Positions 62,436-64,000 of a stretch of 64,000 nt of DNA are shown here, in pieces. Source of the DNA: Polyangiaceae bacterium (GTDB lineage Bacteria > Myxococcota_A > Polyangia > Polyangiales > Polyangiaceae); the NCBI GenBank assembly GCA_035063585.1, contig JAPSGB010000011.1:72665-136664 (forward strand), given 5' to 3'. The position numbers and the translations under genes were made by a program. Position 1 is the stretch's first letter; the number at the start of each line of letters is the position of its first letter. The notes beneath the pieces are model-generated. The model had not been told where the DNA came from, made no database searches, and saw only the letters and a list, made by a program, of their open reading frames with translations.

Positions 62436-64000
62436 TCAGTCGAGCTTCAGGGTGGCGCCGGCGTCGCCGGCGGAGCCGTCGGGGGCGGGGTCGAGGCCGG
62501 CGCCGGCGACCGAGCCGCCGGGGCCCTTGGCGCCGCCGCTGCCGTGGGCGAGGGAGGTGGCGCCGACCTGGGCGGGGCCCACGCCGGAGAAGACGAGCGC
62601 GTAGCTCGGGCCGCCCGAGCCGCCGGAGCCGGAGCCGCCGACGCCGCCGTTGCCGCCCTTGCCTCCGTTGCCTCCGCTGCCGACGCCGGTTGCCTTCGTG
62701 CCGCCTTCGCCACCCGGCTTTCCGCTCCCGCCGTCGCCGGCGTTTCCGCCCTTGCCGCCGTTGCCGCCATCGGCGGCGGTGAGGGTGCAGCCGTCGAGGA
62801 CGACGGCGCTGTCGAGGGAGAGGAGCGCGACGCTGGCGCCGCCGCCGCCGCCGGCCGCGCCGCGCTTACCGCCGCAGCCGCCCATGCCGCCGGCGCCGCC
62901 GCTGGCGCCGAGGCAGGTGGCGGTGCCGCGGCTGGCGCCGCCGCCGCCGCCGCCCTGGCCGGTGCGGCCGTCGGTGCCGTCGTGGCCGCCGGCGGGGGTG
63001 AAGCCGCTCGGGCCGAAGACGCCCGCGGGCAGCGCCGCCGCGCCGGGAACGCCGGGGTTGCCGTCTGAACCCGCGCTTCCCTGCGTGCCACTCGCGCCCG
63101 CGGAGGTCGAGCCGGGACCGCCGTTGTTCACGTCGGGGGGAGTGACGCTTTCCTGGGGGGAGCCCGGATCTCCCGGGCCCCCGGCGGCGGAGCTCTTCTT
63201 GGCCGTACCGCCTGCGCCGCCGAGCGAGCCGCACGCGCTCTGGCCGTTCCAGGCGCCGCCGGTCTGCACGCCCGGGGCGCTCGGGGCGCAGTCGGCGGGG
63301 GAGCCGCTCGCGGCGCCGGTCGCGCCGTCGGCGCCGTCGGCGCCGTCGGCGCCGTCGGGGCCCGCGCCGCCGGGCGAGGCGACGAGGTCGACGCGGCGGA
63401 GGGTGACGTTGGCGGCGGAGTCGATGATGAGCGCGAAGCTGGACTCGCCGGCGGGGGTGTTGGCGGCGGGCTGGAGCTTGAAGTCCTCGAGGCGGAGGCC
63501 GAGGCCGGTGTTCTTGATGGTGGCGGCGATGGCGTCGGGGGAGCGGGTGGGGGTGCGGAGGGCGGCGGAGTAGCTCCAGTCGCTGCAGCGCATGGCGCCG
63601 AAGAGCTCGACGCCGTCGCGGGCGGCGTCGATGGTCAAGCGCTCGTTGAAGTCTCCGCCGTCGGCGCAGGCGTAGACGCGTTTTTGCTGCGTCTTGGCGA
63701 TGTCGATGGCCTTGCCGAGGGTGGCGTAGGGGGCGGCTCGGGAGCCGTCGCCGGCGAGGTCGTCACCGGTGGGCGAGGCGAAGACGCCGTACGTTTCGTC
63801 GATGACGCAGGCGTCCTCGCGCGGGGTGAGCGCGGGGTCGCAGGTGCCGGTCTGCCCGCCCGCGCCGCCGGTGCCGGTCTGCCCGCCGGCGCCGCCGGTC
63901 GCGCCGCCCTGACCGCCGGCTCCCGCGCCGCCGGCCGCGCCGCCCTGACCCCCGGCCCCCGCGCCGCCGGCCGCGCCGGCGGCGCCGCCGGGGAGGTCGG
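62436..64000 (-). CDS. PGRS-like Gly-rich protein with DUF1565-type N-terminal motif (5' end outside the window)
   Basis: The frame continues past 63638 to the window edge: CVIDETYGVFASPTGDDLAGDGSRAAPYATLGKAI...RVYAC, followed by GG.GG repeats. Confidence 0.78.
   Translation of the reverse strand, partial: DLPGGAAGAAGGAGAGGQGGAAGGAGAGGQGGATGGAGGQTGTGGAGGQTGTCDPALTPREDACVIDETYGVFASPTGDDLAGDGSRAAPYATLGKAIDIAKTQQKRVYACADGGDFNERLTIDAARDGVELFGAMRCSDWSYSAALRTPTRSPDAIAATIKNTGLGLRLEDFKLQPAANTPAGESSFALIIDSAANVTLRRVDLVASPGGAGPDGADGADGADGATGAASGSPADCAPSAPGVQTGGAWNGQSACGSLGGAGGTAKKSSAAGGPGDPGSPQESVTPPDVNNGGPGSTSAGASGTQGSAGSDGNPGVPGAAALPAGVFGPSGFTPAGGHDGTDGRTGQGGGGGGASRGTATCLGASGGAGGMGGCGGKRGAAGGGGGASVALLSLDSAVVLDGCTLTAADGGNGGKGGNAGDGGSGKPGGEGGTKATGVGSGGNGGKGGNGGVGGSGSGGSGGPSYALVFSGVGPAQVGATSLAHGSGGAKGPGGSVAGAGLDPAPDGSAGDAGATLKLD

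Overview
Very GC-rich bacterial chromosomal window, most likely from a myxobacterium (Polyangiales-like). This is inferred from a MYXO-CTERM-type tail, TPR/PEGA proteins, Gly-linker Cys-rich lipoproteins and a giant TPR protein. In order it holds: ptsH (partial)-ptsI; a secreted 5'-nucleotidase / OB-fold lipoprotein / outer-membrane protein trio; rpsO-pnp; an F420 cluster (LLM oxidoreductase, npdG, cofE-cofD-cofC, no FO synthase in the window); a molybdoenzyme block (xdhC, mocA-like, HcrCAB-like reductase, flavin reductase, modC with a defective start); pirin; 3-hydroxyacyl-CoA dehydrogenase + thiolase; class II PPK2; a ~3,490-aa TPR protein; esterases and lipoproteins; a duplicated PEGA-protein/Cys-rich lipoprotein module; CoA-disulfide reductase; tRNA-Phe; pilT-family ATPase; bioB; a 1.3-kb non-coding repeat locus; matrixin; glnD; and a second PEGA/lipoprotein cluster. 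The repeat locus is the most unexplained structure: 12 copies of a 51-bp hairpin at near-helical spacings, followed by 3 copies of a ~54-bp unit with an AT-rich palindrome. No transposase, integrase, cas or reverse transcriptase gene is visible. All calls rest on motif reading only; no searches were run.
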